NCBI RefSeq assembly: GCF_003367075.2
Contig: NZ_CP065936.1
Location: 2,610,001 to 2,642,000, forward strand
DNA from: Cylindrospermopsis raciborskii Cr2010
Lineage (GTDB): Bacteria > Cyanobacteriota > Cyanobacteriia > Cyanobacteriales > Nostocaceae
Direction of reading: 5' to 3'
DNA: 32,000 nucleotides
The notes beneath the pieces were generated by a model, which made no database searches, was not told where the DNA came from, and worked only from the letters and a program-made list of their open reading frames with translations. The position numbers and the translations under genes are program-made. Shown here one piece after another: positions 9,791 to 19,721 of this stretch (positions within the stretch are counted from its first letter, which is position 1; the number at the start of each line of letters is the position of its first letter).

Positions 9791-11287
9791 TTACCTGACG
9801 GAAAAAGCCTCATTGAACCTTCTAGTAATTGGTTCCACAATAAAAGTCAGAATTGATTTTTTGCGAGTCACTATTTCCGCATTTGCCATCATCCCTGGAG
9901 TAAACTCCACCTCCTGACCATCCATAGTAATTGAATGCTTATTTAACCTAATCCTAGTGGGAAAAACCAAACCTAATTTTTCATCAACCACCGCATTAGG
10001 ACTAATTTGTAAAACCTCAGCATCCACCACACCGAATTCTTGAAAAGGGAAAGTTGCCAACTTCACCTTTGCTGACATACCTTGACGAATAAAACCAATA
10101 TCCCGATTGAGAACTTTTACTTCTAGTAGAATATCTTCTCCTTCGGGTAAAATAGAGAGTAATTCTTCACCGGATTGAACTGGACCCTTAGTGGCTTTGA
10201 TTTTATAAATTATTCCCGATACTGGGGCCTTAATTATTTCTTTCTCCCTTTGTTTTTTTGCCTGGTCTAATTGTCCAACAATATTGGTCATTTCTTCTCT
10301 ACGTTTATTTATCTGGGTTAAAATTTCGCTTTGTCTCTCTGATGTTAATCTTAAACTTTGACTTTTAGCGGATTGATAAGTCTGTTGTGCTTGATTAATT
10401 TCCTGTTTTTGAGCAGCAATATCTTTTTCTAAAGAGGTCACCCTATCCTGAGCTTCCAGTAATCTGTTTTTAGCATTATTTACCTCATTAACAGCTCTGA
10501 TAATATCCGTATTTGCCCTATTTACCCTCTCCAAAGCTTCCAGATAATCAACCCTAGGAACTGCACCAGGAGTGAGTAGAGTCCTGAGATTTTCTTCTCT
10601 AGTGGTAGCAATTTTCAAATTGCTTTGTATTTGATTACGAATATTTTCTGCATTGACCAAATTGTTTTGGGAATTAACTACACCAGGTTTACTGTTAGCC
10701 AGATTTTCTTGTAAGCGACTCAATCTGATTTTTGCTTGCTGAATATTGGCAAGTTGCCGTTTCGCTTCTGCTTCTGCAGACATTTGTTTAGCCTTGTAGT
10801 CTGATAACCGAGAATTTAACAACTCGTCTTGTAATTTGGTTCCCGTAGTTTTTGCTCCAGTTCTTTCAGTTTCTAAACGTTGTAAATCTTCCTCAATTAA
10901 TTTACTGGCCTTTGTTAAACGGTTAATATCAGTTTGTTGAAAATCAGGATTCCTTTCAATTAACACTTGATCCTTATTAACCCGATCTCCTTCCTTGACC
11001 TTTACTGCTAAAATAGAACCATTACCCAAGGATGTGACTGGTCTAATTTGAGTAGAAGCGATTAACTCACCCGTTGCAGTTGCGACTTCATCAACTTGAG
11101 AAAGGTGAGCCCATAAAATACTGCTAAATACAATTGCACTAATAGTTCCAGCTAATAGTCGGGTATAAATAGGAGGGAGTTCTTGTACTGCTTTACCCAA
11201 TTCATAAGATAATTTTTCCTCTGGTTTGGCAAAGTTTTCCTTAGTTTGACGAACTTGAACCGCATTGGCCCATGGGGAATATTTCAT
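9791..11287 (-). CDS. HlyD-family periplasmic adaptor / membrane fusion protein (type I secretion or efflux)
   Basis: N-terminal TM helix LLAGTISAIVFSSILWAHL. Barrel-sandwich segments (ILAVKVKEGDRVNKDQVLIE ... APVSGIIYKIK) flank a roughly 230-aa coiled-coil region rich in Q/E/K/N/L. The ORF track starts at a TTG (11296). I prefer the ATG at 11287 (MKYSPWANAV). Confidence 0.85.
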   Translation of the reverse strand: MKYSPWANAVQVRQTKENFAKPEEKLSYELGKAVQELPPIYTRLLAGTISAIVFSSILWAHLSQVDEVATATGELIASTQIRPVTSLGNGSILAVKVKEGDRVNKDQVLIERNPDFQQTDINRLTKASKLIEEDLQRLETERTGAKTTGTKLQDELLNSRLSDYKAKQMSAEAEAKRQLANIQQAKIRLSRLQENLANSKPGVVNSQNNLVNAENIRNQIQSNLKIATTREENLRTLLTPGAVPRVDYLEALERVNRANTDIIRAVNEVNNAKNRLLEAQDRVTSLEKDIAAQKQEINQAQQTYQSAKSQSLRLTSERQSEILTQINKRREEMTNIVGQLDQAKKQREKEIIKAPVSGIIYKIKATKGPVQSGEELLSILPEGEDILLEVKVLNRDIGFIRQGMSAKVKLATFPFQEFGVVDAEVLQISPNAVVDEKLGLVFPTRIRLNKHSITMDGQEVEFTPGMMANAEIVTRKKSILTFIVEPITRRFNEAFSVR

Positions 11288-11527
11288 ATATACCAAAAGG
11301 GAGAGATAGGACTATAGTTTTTAAAAACAGTTGGTTGATTAACAAAAATCGTCAATTGTTAACATATTCGATGCTAATACAAGTAATGATAAAATGGTGT
11401 AGTCTGAACAACAACTTGCCAATGGATTTTACATTTCCATAAAATAGGTTAATCGTTAAAATTCATAGCTGGGTGGTTGACTCCTTGGTCATGGTATTAT
11501 ATAGACAGGAAAATGAGGAAATAAACG

Positions 11528-13639
11528 GTGTTAAAATTCTTTGCAGACAGAGGTGGAACATTTACAGATATTGTAGCGTTAACCGATAATCAGGACATAA
11601 TCAATAGATTATTAAACTACCCCCAGAGATTTTTAATTGTTCCCTTACCCGATCAACAATGGGTAATAGTTTATAAATTATTGTCAGAGAATCCCGATCA
11701 GTATACAGATGCGGTAATTCAAGGAATTCGTCATATTATGGGAGTTCCCCTCCAACAGAGTATTCCTGGTCAAACTATAGAAGTGATTAAAATGGGAACA
11801 ACAGTGGCAACAAATGCACTGCTAGAAAGACATGGAGACCGGGTTGTTTTAGTCATTAATAAAGGCTTTAAAGATGCTTTAAGAATTGGTTATCAAAACC
11901 GTCCTAACATTTTCGCTCGACAGATAATTTTACCCACCATGCTGTATGAAGCAGTAATTGAAGTAGATGCTAGATATGATGCTCAAGGTAAGGAGTTATT
12001 TCCCGTAAATTATCACCAAATTAAATACGACCTACAAACAATTCATCAAACAGGAATTGACAGTTGCGCCATCGTTCTTATGCATGGCGATCGCTATCCC
12101 AAACATGAACAAGAAATAGGAAAAATTGCCGAAGAAATTGGATTTACCCAAATTTCCATTTCCCATCAAGTTAGTCCCCTAATGAAACTTGTGAGTCGGG
12201 GAGATACAACAGTTGTGGATGCTTATTTAACACCCATATTACGTCGTTATGTCAATCAAGTTTCCAGTCAGGTTCCTGAGGTAAAATTAATGTTTATGAA
12301 ATCTGATGGTGGGTTAACTGATGCAGAGAAATTTCAAGGTAAAGATAGCATTTTAAGTGGACCTGCTGGTGGTATTGTTGGTGCAGTACAAACTAGTAAA
12401 AGAGCGGGATTTAATTTAATCATCACCTTTGATATGGGAGGAACAAGCACAGATGTGGCCCATTTTAAAGGGGAATATGAAAGACAATTAGATTCGGAAA
12501 TAGCAGGTGCGCGGATGCGAGTTCCCGTCCTAGCGATTAATACCATTGCTGCAGGTGGAGGTTCAATTTTATCTTTTGATGGATCCACCTATCGTGTAGG
12601 TCCAGAATCTGCAGGTTCAAATCCCGGACCTGCATCCTACAGACGGGGGGGACCATTAACAGTCACAGACGCTAATATTATGTTGGGGAAGATTCAACCC
12701 CAATACTTTCCAGCAGTTTTTGGAAATGATGGTCAATTACCTTTGGATAGGGAAATAGTGCTGGAGAAGTTTACAAACTTGACCCAGAATATGACATTAA
12801 CTACAGGAAAATCCTTTTCTCCTCCACAGGTAGCATCAGGATTTATTGCTATTGCTGTGGAAAATATGGCTAATGCCATTAAAAAAATTAGTCTACAACG
12901 GGGTTATGATATTAGCGAATATGTATTATGTTGTTTTGGAGGTGCAGGTGGACAGGTAGCTTGTTTAATTGCGGATACTTTAGGAATGAAAAAGATATTT
13001 TTGCATCCCTTTGCTGGTGTATTGTCAGCTTATGGAATGGGTTTAGCTGATGTGAGAGCTACCAGAGTCACCGGAGTAGAAAAACCCTTGAATCAGTCCT
13101 TAATTCCCCAATTACAGGAATTAGTTACCCGTTTAGAAATTTCCGCCAATCAAGAATTAAATCCAGCAGAAAATCAGGTAAATCATTTGTCAGTCAGGGT
13201 GATTAAAAACCTTAACCTCAAGTATGAGGGAACTAATTCTACCTTATCCGTCGATTTTAGAAACGATATAGAATTAATACAGCAGCAATTTGCCAGGGAA
13301 CACAAATCAAGATATGGGTTTATTCAGCCAGAAAAAACCTTAATTGTGGAATCTATTTTTGTCGAGGTGATTCAACAGATGGACACACCAGAAGAACCCA
13401 TCATTTCCCGTCAACTTCCCCAGGGGCAAATTCCCCAACCTTTAGAAGTAGTTGAGCTATTTACCGCCAATAGATGGTGGTATACTCCAGTTTATAGAAG
13501 AGAAGATTTACAACCGGGAGATATTATCCCAGGTACTGCTATTATTGTGGAGAAAATCAGCACCATTGTGGTTGAACCCAATTGGCAAGTAAAATTAACC
13601 GAACGTAATCATTTAATCTTGGAAAGAGCAGAAAGATGA
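11528..13639 (+). CDS. Hydantoinase/oxoprolinase family protein, A-type (HyuA-like; possible 5-oxoprolinase subunit)
   Basis: 703 aa. GTG start with GAGGA 9 nt upstream. Motifs: FADRGGTFTD, MGTTVATNALLE, SGPAGG, FDMGGTSTD, GGGS, GPxSAG..PGPA.Y. Confidence 0.9.
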   Translation: MLKFFADRGGTFTDIVALTDNQDIINRLLNYPQRFLIVPLPDQQWVIVYKLLSENPDQYTDAVIQGIRHIMGVPLQQSIPGQTIEVIKMGTTVATNALLERHGDRVVLVINKGFKDALRIGYQNRPNIFARQIILPTMLYEAVIEVDARYDAQGKELFPVNYHQIKYDLQTIHQTGIDSCAIVLMHGDRYPKHEQEIGKIAEEIGFTQISISHQVSPLMKLVSRGDTTVVDAYLTPILRRYVNQVSSQVPEVKLMFMKSDGGLTDAEKFQGKDSILSGPAGGIVGAVQTSKRAGFNLIITFDMGGTSTDVAHFKGEYERQLDSEIAGARMRVPVLAINTIAAGGGSILSFDGSTYRVGPESAGSNPGPASYRRGGPLTVTDANIMLGKIQPQYFPAVFGNDGQLPLDREIVLEKFTNLTQNMTLTTGKSFSPPQVASGFIAIAVENMANAIKKISLQRGYDISEYVLCCFGGAGGQVACLIADTLGMKKIFLHPFAGVLSAYGMGLADVRATRVTGVEKPLNQSLIPQLQELVTRLEISANQELNPAENQVNHLSVRVIKNLNLKYEGTNSTLSVDFRNDIELIQQQFAREHKSRYGFIQPEKTLIVESIFVEVIQQMDTPEEPIISRQLPQGQIPQPLEVVELFTANRWWYTPVYRREDLQPGDIIPGTAIIVEKISTIVVEPNWQVKLTERNHLILERAER

Positions 13640-15219
13640 AAAAACTATATGATCATATTCAGCCAGATCCAGTTCGCTTAGAAATTTTTAAAAATCTCTA
13701 TCAATTCATTGCCGAACAAATGGGAATAGTCCTGCAAAACACAGCTGTATCAGTTAATATTAAGGAACGTCTGGATTTTTCCTGCGCTATTTTTGACAGT
13801 TCTGGTTTATTAGTTGCTAACGCTCCTCATATTCCTGTGCATTTAGGTTCCATGAGTGAAAGCGTGCGCTGTTTAATTAATGATTTGGGAACTACAATTA
13901 AACCAGGCAATGTTTATCTATCCAATAATCCCTACAATGGGGGAACCCATTTACCTGATGTTACTGCTATCACGCCCATATTTTTACCCCCATTTTCAAA
14001 TATGTTTTTAAAAACTGGGCAAGACTCTCCCCTATTTTTTGTTGCATCCCGAGGACACCAATCAGATATCGGTGGTATTACCCCCGGATCCATGCCTCCC
14101 CATAGTACGGATATTACCCAAGAAGGGATTATTTTTGATAATTTTCTCCTGGTTCAGGAAGGAGAGCTACAAGAAACCTCTGTGAGAAATTATCTGTTAA
14201 ATCATCCCTATCCCAGTCGCAATCCTGAGCAAAATATAGCAGATTTTAAAGCTCAAATTGCCGCTAACGCCAGGGGAAGCCAAGAATTAATAAAAATGGT
14301 TGATCACTATGGGCTGGAAACTGTAAAAGTTTATATGCAGTTTGTACAAGATAATGCGGAAGAATCAGTAAGAAGAACTATCAATGTTTTAAAAAATGGA
14401 TCCTTTACATATGTCATGGATAGTGGGGCAAAAATTCAAGTTCAAGTCACTATTAATCGGGAAAATCGCACAGCTAAAATTGATTTTACGGGCACATCAC
14501 CACAATTAAAGAGTAATTTTAATGCACCTAAAGCTGTAACCCAAGCAGCAGTATTATATGTCTTTAGAACTCTGGTAGATGACAATATTCCTCTTAATGC
14601 TGGCTGTCTCAAACCTTTAGAAATTATTATTCCTCAAGGTTGTATGCTAAATCCCACCTATCCTGCAGCAGTAGTAGCAGGAAATGTGGAAACATCACAA
14701 ACTATTGTTGATGCTTTATATGGTGCCCTAGGTGTAATGGCTGCTTCCCAAGGAACTATGAATAATTTCACTTTTGGCAATGAAAAATATCAATATTATG
14801 AAACTATTTGTGGTGGTTCCGGAGCAGGTATGGACTTTGATGGCACAGATGCAGTTCACACTCACATGACTAATTCCCTACTTACCGATCCAGAAGTGCT
14901 AGAAACCCGTTATCCGGTAATAGTGGAAAGTTTTACTATCCGTGAGAATAGTGGGGGTAAAGGAAAATATTCCGGGGGTAATGGGGTGGTCAGAAAAATC
15001 AAATTTCTGGAATCCATGACGGCAAATATTCTTTCTGGTCATCGTTTAGTCCCCCCCTTTGGATTAAATGGTGGAGCACCAGGAAAGGTGGGAAACAACT
15101 GGATACAACGTGAAAATGGCATCCAAGAGGTTTTAGATAGCACTGCTACCGCAGAAATGCAACCAGGAGATATTTTTGTCATAGAAACTCCTGGTGGTGG
15201 TGGATTTCAGGAGCAATAA
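13636..15219 (+). CDS. Hydantoinase B/oxoprolinase family protein (HyuB-like)
   Basis: 527 aa. The start overlaps the upstream stop (ATGA at 13636-13639). Motifs: [57 protein letters not shown]. Confidence 0.9.
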   Translation: MKKLYDHIQPDPVRLEIFKNLYQFIAEQMGIVLQNTAVSVNIKERLDFSCAIFDSSGLLVANAPHIPVHLGSMSESVRCLINDLGTTIKPGNVYLSNNPYNGGTHLPDVTAITPIFLPPFSNMFLKTGQDSPLFFVASRGHQSDIGGITPGSMPPHSTDITQEGIIFDNFLLVQEGELQETSVRNYLLNHPYPSRNPEQNIADFKAQIAANARGSQELIKMVDHYGLETVKVYMQFVQDNAEESVRRTINVLKNGSFTYVMDSGAKIQVQVTINRENRTAKIDFTGTSPQLKSNFNAPKAVTQAAVLYVFRTLVDDNIPLNAGCLKPLEIIIPQGCMLNPTYPAAVVAGNVETSQTIVDALYGALGVMAASQGTMNNFTFGNEKYQYYETICGGSGAGMDFDGTDAVHTHMTNSLLTDPEVLETRYPVIVESFTIRENSGGKGKYSGGNGVVRKIKFLESMTANILSGHRLVPPFGLNGGAPGKVGNNWIQRENGIQEVLDSTATAEMQPGDIFVIETPGGGGFQEQ

Positions 15220-15224
15220 ACCCA

Positions 15225-16007
15225 CTAAACTTCCACTATCACGGGTGCATGATCACTAGGCTGTTCTAGCTTTCTAGGACTAATATCAATAAAGCAACTT
15301 TTAGCTTGTTTATAAAGTACATCTGTTAAGTAGTGATGGTCTATTCTCCACCCCGAGTTTCTTTTAAAAGCTCCAGTACGATAGTCCCACCAACTATAAT
15401 TACCCCCCTGGGAATTAAACTTGCGAAACCCATCCCCAAAACCCAGTTTCAAAATCTCTCTTAAAGCTTGTCTCTCTGGTAAGGATGCCATAATCTGATT
15501 TTCTGTATCTACCTGTTTATAAATGTCTATATCTTCTAGTGCAATGTTAAAATCACCACACATAATAATATCAGAATTACACTTCAGCAAAACCTCCAGG
15601 TATGTTTTTAATACTGCTAACCACTGCAATTTATATTGATATTTCTCACTTCCCACTGCTGAACCATTAGGAACATACAGATTAATAATCCTTACTTCAT
15701 CTACAATACCCGTGATTACTCTTTTCTGGTCATCCCACTTAGGTTCCAGATTTTCCAGGACTTGACAAAACCCTGTACTTACACTTTTCATTGGCTGGCG
15801 ACTAATTAATGCTACACCATTGTAAGCCTTCTGTCCATAAATATAAGTGTTATAGCCCATGTCATGAAATACAGTTAGGGGAAAATCCGTGTCTATGACT
15901 TTGGTTTCCTGTAGACACAGAACATCAACGTTATTTTCCCCTAACCAGCTAATAACCTGTCCTAGACGAGTACGAATTGAATTGACATTCCAAGTGGCAA
16001 TTTTCAT
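15225..16007 (-). CDS. xthA: Exodeoxyribonuclease III
   Basis: Motifs: MKIATWNVNSIRTRL, DVLCLQETK, NLYVPNG, GDFNIA, WWDYR, C-terminal RIDH...PSDHAPV. The track start (TTG at 16022) adds 5 residues. The ATG at 16007 gives the canonical N-terminus. Confidence 0.9.
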   Translation of the reverse strand: MKIATWNVNSIRTRLGQVISWLGENNVDVLCLQETKVIDTDFPLTVFHDMGYNTYIYGQKAYNGVALISRQPMKSVSTGFCQVLENLEPKWDDQKRVITGIVDEVRIINLYVPNGSAVGSEKYQYKLQWLAVLKTYLEVLLKCNSDIIMCGDFNIALEDIDIYKQVDTENQIMASLPERQALREILKLGFGDGFRKFNSQGGNYSWWDYRTGAFKRNSGWRIDHHYLTDVLYKQAKSCFIDISPRKLEQPSDHAPVIVEV

Positions 16008-16476
16008 GAGCAGATTTAGCAATAGTTATACAAACAGAGAATTTGAGAATATTGAATATTAATTTAATTATTATAGTATGGGGAGTTACAAAATCTGAAA
16101 ATTGTCAATTGCAACAAATATACTCCTACACTTATGATCCCCAAGACAGATGAAACGACTATATACTAGTCTATAATAACAATGGTTATATTTATTGTCT
16201 ATATACTGTTATTTCAACCCAACTTGTTTGTGGAAATTAGAAAAGTTAATTTAAATTGAAAAAAACTCAGTAGAAATTTCTTTCCTCTTAAAATTCCTCT
16301 AAGTGAGGTTGGAACTGCTAACAGGATATGTCAAATCAAATTACCACTATATACAAAAGCAGTTGTGACTAACCAACTAATTGCTCGGGCAAGTTAGTGA
16401 ACACTAAATTAACAAAGGATCCATTTAACTTGACTAAGTTTTTCTCTAAGCATAAAAATTTTAGGAGGATATTGAC

Positions 16477-16671
16477 ATGAGTAATAGAGCCAATACATGC
16501 CCCTGCTGTGGCGGGTCCGTTTTGCGGCATATTCGTCACAGCGAACTGTACTGGTTTTGCCCATCCTGTCGTCAAGAAGTACCGCTACTAACCATAAGTC
16601 GCATATCAGGTCAATTGGAAAATGCCCACACTACCTCTATCAAATCCTCCACTGTTACATCGTTGGAGTAA
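16477..16671 (+). CDS. Small zinc-ribbon protein (CxxC...CxxC), conserved-hypothetical type
   Basis: 64 aa. A strong SD AGGAGG (16463-16468) lies 8 nt before the ATG. The cysteine pairs are CPCCGG...YWFCPSC. The C-terminal half is Ser/Thr-rich and probably disordered. Overlapping ORFs 16497-16682 (+) and 16369-16575 (-) lack such signals. Confidence 0.6.
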   Translation: MSNRANTCPCCGGSVLRHIRHSELYWFCPSCRQEVPLLTISRISGQLENAHTTSIKSSTVTSLE

Positions 16672-16807
16672 TAGCTGGCTAAAACCCTGTAGATATGATG
16701 GCTAAGGCTATATTCTTGTTGCCAAAAAGGCAAATCGGGATACAGAAGGTATCATATAATGAGGAAATGGATCTAAATTTTTACAAAACTTAACACTATC
16801 TGATCAC

Positions 16808-18166
16808 ATGCTGATTAACTCTTCTGGCCTTTCCAAGCTTAAAGAATCAATTGATAATTCAATCACCGAGAAGATTTTTTTAGGACATAAACCCGGGCCA
16901 GAACTAATTGCTATTCTAGCAGTCTATCTTGTCCAGGGCGCCTTGGGATTGTCTCGTCTTTCAGTGAGTTTTTTCCTCAAAGATGAATTACAGCTAAGTC
17001 CGGTAGAAGTTTCAGCCATTCTAGGTATAGTTACTCTACCTTGGATGATTAAACCATTATTTGGCTTTGTTTCTGATACTTTTCCCATATTTGGCTACCG
17101 TCGTCGTCCCTATCTAGTCCTATCTGGGATTCTAGGTGCTGCTAGTTGGTTAGCCTTAGCAACATTAGTAGATAGCAGCTGGAAAGCAACAATAACAGTC
17201 ACCTTATCTTCTTTAGCTATTGCTGTCAGCGATGTGATAGTTGATTCCTTGGTTGTTGAACGTGCCAGGTTAGAATCTCAGGCCAAGGCTGGTTCTCTCC
17301 AATCCCTGTGTTGGGGAGCCAATGCCTTGGGCAGTTTTTTAACAGCCTATTTCAGCGGACTAGTATTAGAGTATTTTACTACAAAGACAGTGTTTTTAAT
17401 TACTGCGTTATTCCCCTTGCTTATCTCCCTAGTTGCCTGGTTTATTGCCGAAACATCGGTTTATCAAGAAGACTCACAGCAAGATAGGAGCAAGTCAGTG
17501 AGTATTAGAACTCAGACTAATCAACTTCTACAAGCTTTTCGCACTAGGGCAGTTTTACTACCAACCCTATTTATTTTTATCTGGCAATGTACTCCCAGTG
17601 GAGAATCAGCTTATTTCTACTTCTTTACCAACGAGCTGCATTTCCAACCGGAGTTTTTAGGTAGGATACATCTGTTTACTAGTTTAGCTTCTTTAGTTGG
17701 TATTTGGATTTTCCAACGATTTCTTAAAAACGTTCCATTTCAGAGTATTTTTACCTGGAGCATTATTATATCCGTATTATTAAGAATGACTATGTTAATG
17801 CTAATTACACATACCAATAGAGCTTTAGGGATAAATGATAGATGGTTTAGTTTGGGAGATAGCTTAATTATTGCAGCCATGGGACAAATTGCATTTATGC
17901 CTACCATGATATTAGCAGCTAGAATTTGTCCCCTGGGAATAGAAGCAACACTCTTTGCAGTATTGATGTCAGTATTTAACCTAGGTGGATTGGTTTCCAG
18001 AGAATCCGGAGCTTTAATTATGTACTGGTTAGGAATAACAGAGAGCAATTTTGACAGTTTGTGGTTGCTACTAGTAATAACTAACTTGATTGCCTTACTA
18101 CCAATGTTATTTGTCAAACTTTTGCCCGGTAAGGAGGAAATGGAATATGGAGTGGTGGTCAAATAG
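16808..18166 (+). CDS. Folate-biopterin transporter (FBT/BT1) family MFS permease
   Basis: 452 aa with about 12 hydrophobic segments. The N-terminal region matches the FBT pattern I recall: LAVYLVQGALGLSRLSVSFFLKDELQLSP.E...ILG...LPWMIKPLFGF.SD..PIFGYRRRPYL. Confidence 0.85.
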   Translation: MLINSSGLSKLKESIDNSITEKIFLGHKPGPELIAILAVYLVQGALGLSRLSVSFFLKDELQLSPVEVSAILGIVTLPWMIKPLFGFVSDTFPIFGYRRRPYLVLSGILGAASWLALATLVDSSWKATITVTLSSLAIAVSDVIVDSLVVERARLESQAKAGSLQSLCWGANALGSFLTAYFSGLVLEYFTTKTVFLITALFPLLISLVAWFIAETSVYQEDSQQDRSKSVSIRTQTNQLLQAFRTRAVLLPTLFIFIWQCTPSGESAYFYFFTNELHFQPEFLGRIHLFTSLASLVGIWIFQRFLKNVPFQSIFTWSIIISVLLRMTMLMLITHTNRALGINDRWFSLGDSLIIAAMGQIAFMPTMILAARICPLGIEATLFAVLMSVFNLGGLVSRESGALIMYWLGITESNFDSLWLLLVITNLIALLPMLFVKLLPGKEEMEYGVVVK

Positions 18167-18233
18167 GTTTCCCCCAAATTAGTCCTACCAGTGTTACAAT
18201 AGTAGATGAAACTTAATATCAATTGATAAAAAC

Positions 18234-19721
18234 ATGCAATCCATAGATATACCTACTCAGCAAAATTTAGAAAAATCCTATACTCGCGAAGATTGGCAAC
18301 AGGGATATGAGTCCCTGAAAGAAGAGTATGACTATTGGATTGACGAGGTAGAAGGTGAAATACCCAAGGAGCTGGAAGGGACAGTTTTTAAAAATGGTCC
18401 TGGGTTATTAGATATCAACGGACAAAGAATACATCATCCCTTTGATGGTGATGGAATGATTAGTCAAATTATATTTAGTGAAGGTCGAGCCCACTTCCGA
18501 AATCGATTTGTACAGACTGAGGGTTATTTAGCGGAAAAGAAAGCGGGTAGAATTCTTTATCGCGGAGTATTTGGGACTCAAAAACCTGGTGGTTGGTTAG
18601 CTAATATACTGGACTTTAAAACCAAGAATATTGCTAATACAAATGTTATTTACTGGGGTAAAAAACTACTGGCATTGTGGGAAGCAGCGGAACCTTATTC
18701 ATTAAATCCTTACACCTTAGAAACCTTGGGCAAAGAATATTTTAATCATGGTTTATCATCAGGAGAAGCTTTCAGTGCCCATCCCCGGGTAGATCCCCAG
18801 GGCAAACTAGTTAACTTTGCCATTGAACCAGGAATAAAAACAAAGATTACAATTTTTGAACTCAATCAAGATGCTGAAGTGGTAAGTAAGCAAAATCATA
18901 AAATTGATGGTTTTTGCTTTATTCATGATTTTGTTATCACCGAAAATTATTGTATTTTCTTCCAAAACCCCCTCAGTTTTAACCCCATTCCTTTTGCCTT
19001 AGGAAAAGTTGGTGCAGCACAATGTATTAAACCGGAAAAAAATCTCCCCACCAAAATTATTCTCATTCCCCGTCAGCATAGTCCCATGGTATGTTCGGGA
19101 GTAAAGGTTTTAGAAACCACAGCTGGGTTTATTTTTCACCATGCTAATGGTTTTGAAATAGACAATAAAGTTATTGTTGATTCTATCTGTTATGATTCCT
19201 TAGCCTTAACAGACATTGAAACCAATCAAGATTATCGACAAACAAACTTTGATGCGATCGCCCCTGGAAAGTTATGGAGATTTGAGCTAGATTTATTGTC
19301 AGAAACAGTGACAGCCAAATTAATAAATGACCGCGCCTGTGAATTTCCTGCTATTCATCCGGATCACGTAAGCAGACCCTACCGTTATTTATACATGAGC
19401 GCTGCTCATAATCCCCGGGGAAATGCTCCTTTACAAGCCATTTTAAAAATTGATTTAGAGTTGGGGAAACAAGAGATTTGGAGTGCTGCACCCAGGGGTT
19501 TTATGGGTGAGCCAATCTTTATTCCCCATCCCCATGGTCAACAAGAAGATGCAGGATGGATTGTAGGCTTGGTTTATAATGCAGAACATCACCGTTCATA
19601 TATGGTAATTTTAGATGCTAGTGACCTAAAAAAGGGAACAATAGCTAAATTACATTTAAAGCATCATATTCCCCATGCACTACATGGTAGTTTCACAAGG
19701 GATGTGTTAGTGAACCGATAA
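18234..19721 (+). CDS. Carotenoid cleavage oxygenase (apocarotenoid-15,15'-oxygenase-like, RPE65/CCD family)
   Basis: 495 aa. The four iron-ligand histidine contexts typical of the family are present: FSAHPRVD, FIHDFVITENY, FIFHHANGFE, HIPHALHGSF. The N-terminal motif is G.IP.EL.GT.FKNGPG. Confidence 0.9.
   Translation: MQSIDIPTQQNLEKSYTREDWQQGYESLKEEYDYWIDEVEGEIPKELEGTVFKNGPGLLDINGQRIHHPFDGDGMISQIIFSEGRAHFRNRFVQTEGYLAEKKAGRILYRGVFGTQKPGGWLANILDFKTKNIANTNVIYWGKKLLALWEAAEPYSLNPYTLETLGKEYFNHGLSSGEAFSAHPRVDPQGKLVNFAIEPGIKTKITIFELNQDAEVVSKQNHKIDGFCFIHDFVITENYCIFFQNPLSFNPIPFALGKVGAAQCIKPEKNLPTKIILIPRQHSPMVCSGVKVLETTAGFIFHHANGFEIDNKVIVDSICYDSLALTDIETNQDYRQTNFDAIAPGKLWRFELDLLSETVTAKLINDRACEFPAIHPDHVSRPYRYLYMSAAHNPRGNAPLQAILKIDLELGKQEIWSAAPRGFMGEPIFIPHPHGQQEDAGWIVGLVYNAEHHRSYMVILDASDLKKGTIAKLHLKHHIPHALHGSFTRDVLVNR

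Noticed and set aside
16076-16089. GTA-N8-TAC (aGTAtggggagtTACa) NtcA-type box upstream of xthA, with a possible TATTCT -10 about 24 nt away on the - strand
   Set aside because: GTA-N8-TAC is expected about once per 4 kb by chance, roughly 0.7 times in the non-coding sequence of this window. There is no biological reason to expect nitrogen control of exonuclease III, and the flanks deviate from TGTA/TACA.
16182-16259. 25-codon ORF (MVIFIVYILLFQPNLFVEIRKVNLN) in the xthA/zinc-ribbon spacer, considered as a type I toxin-like peptide
   Set aside because: It has no SD sequence. The hydrophobic stretch is too short for a membrane helix. No flanking antisense or terminator structure was seen.
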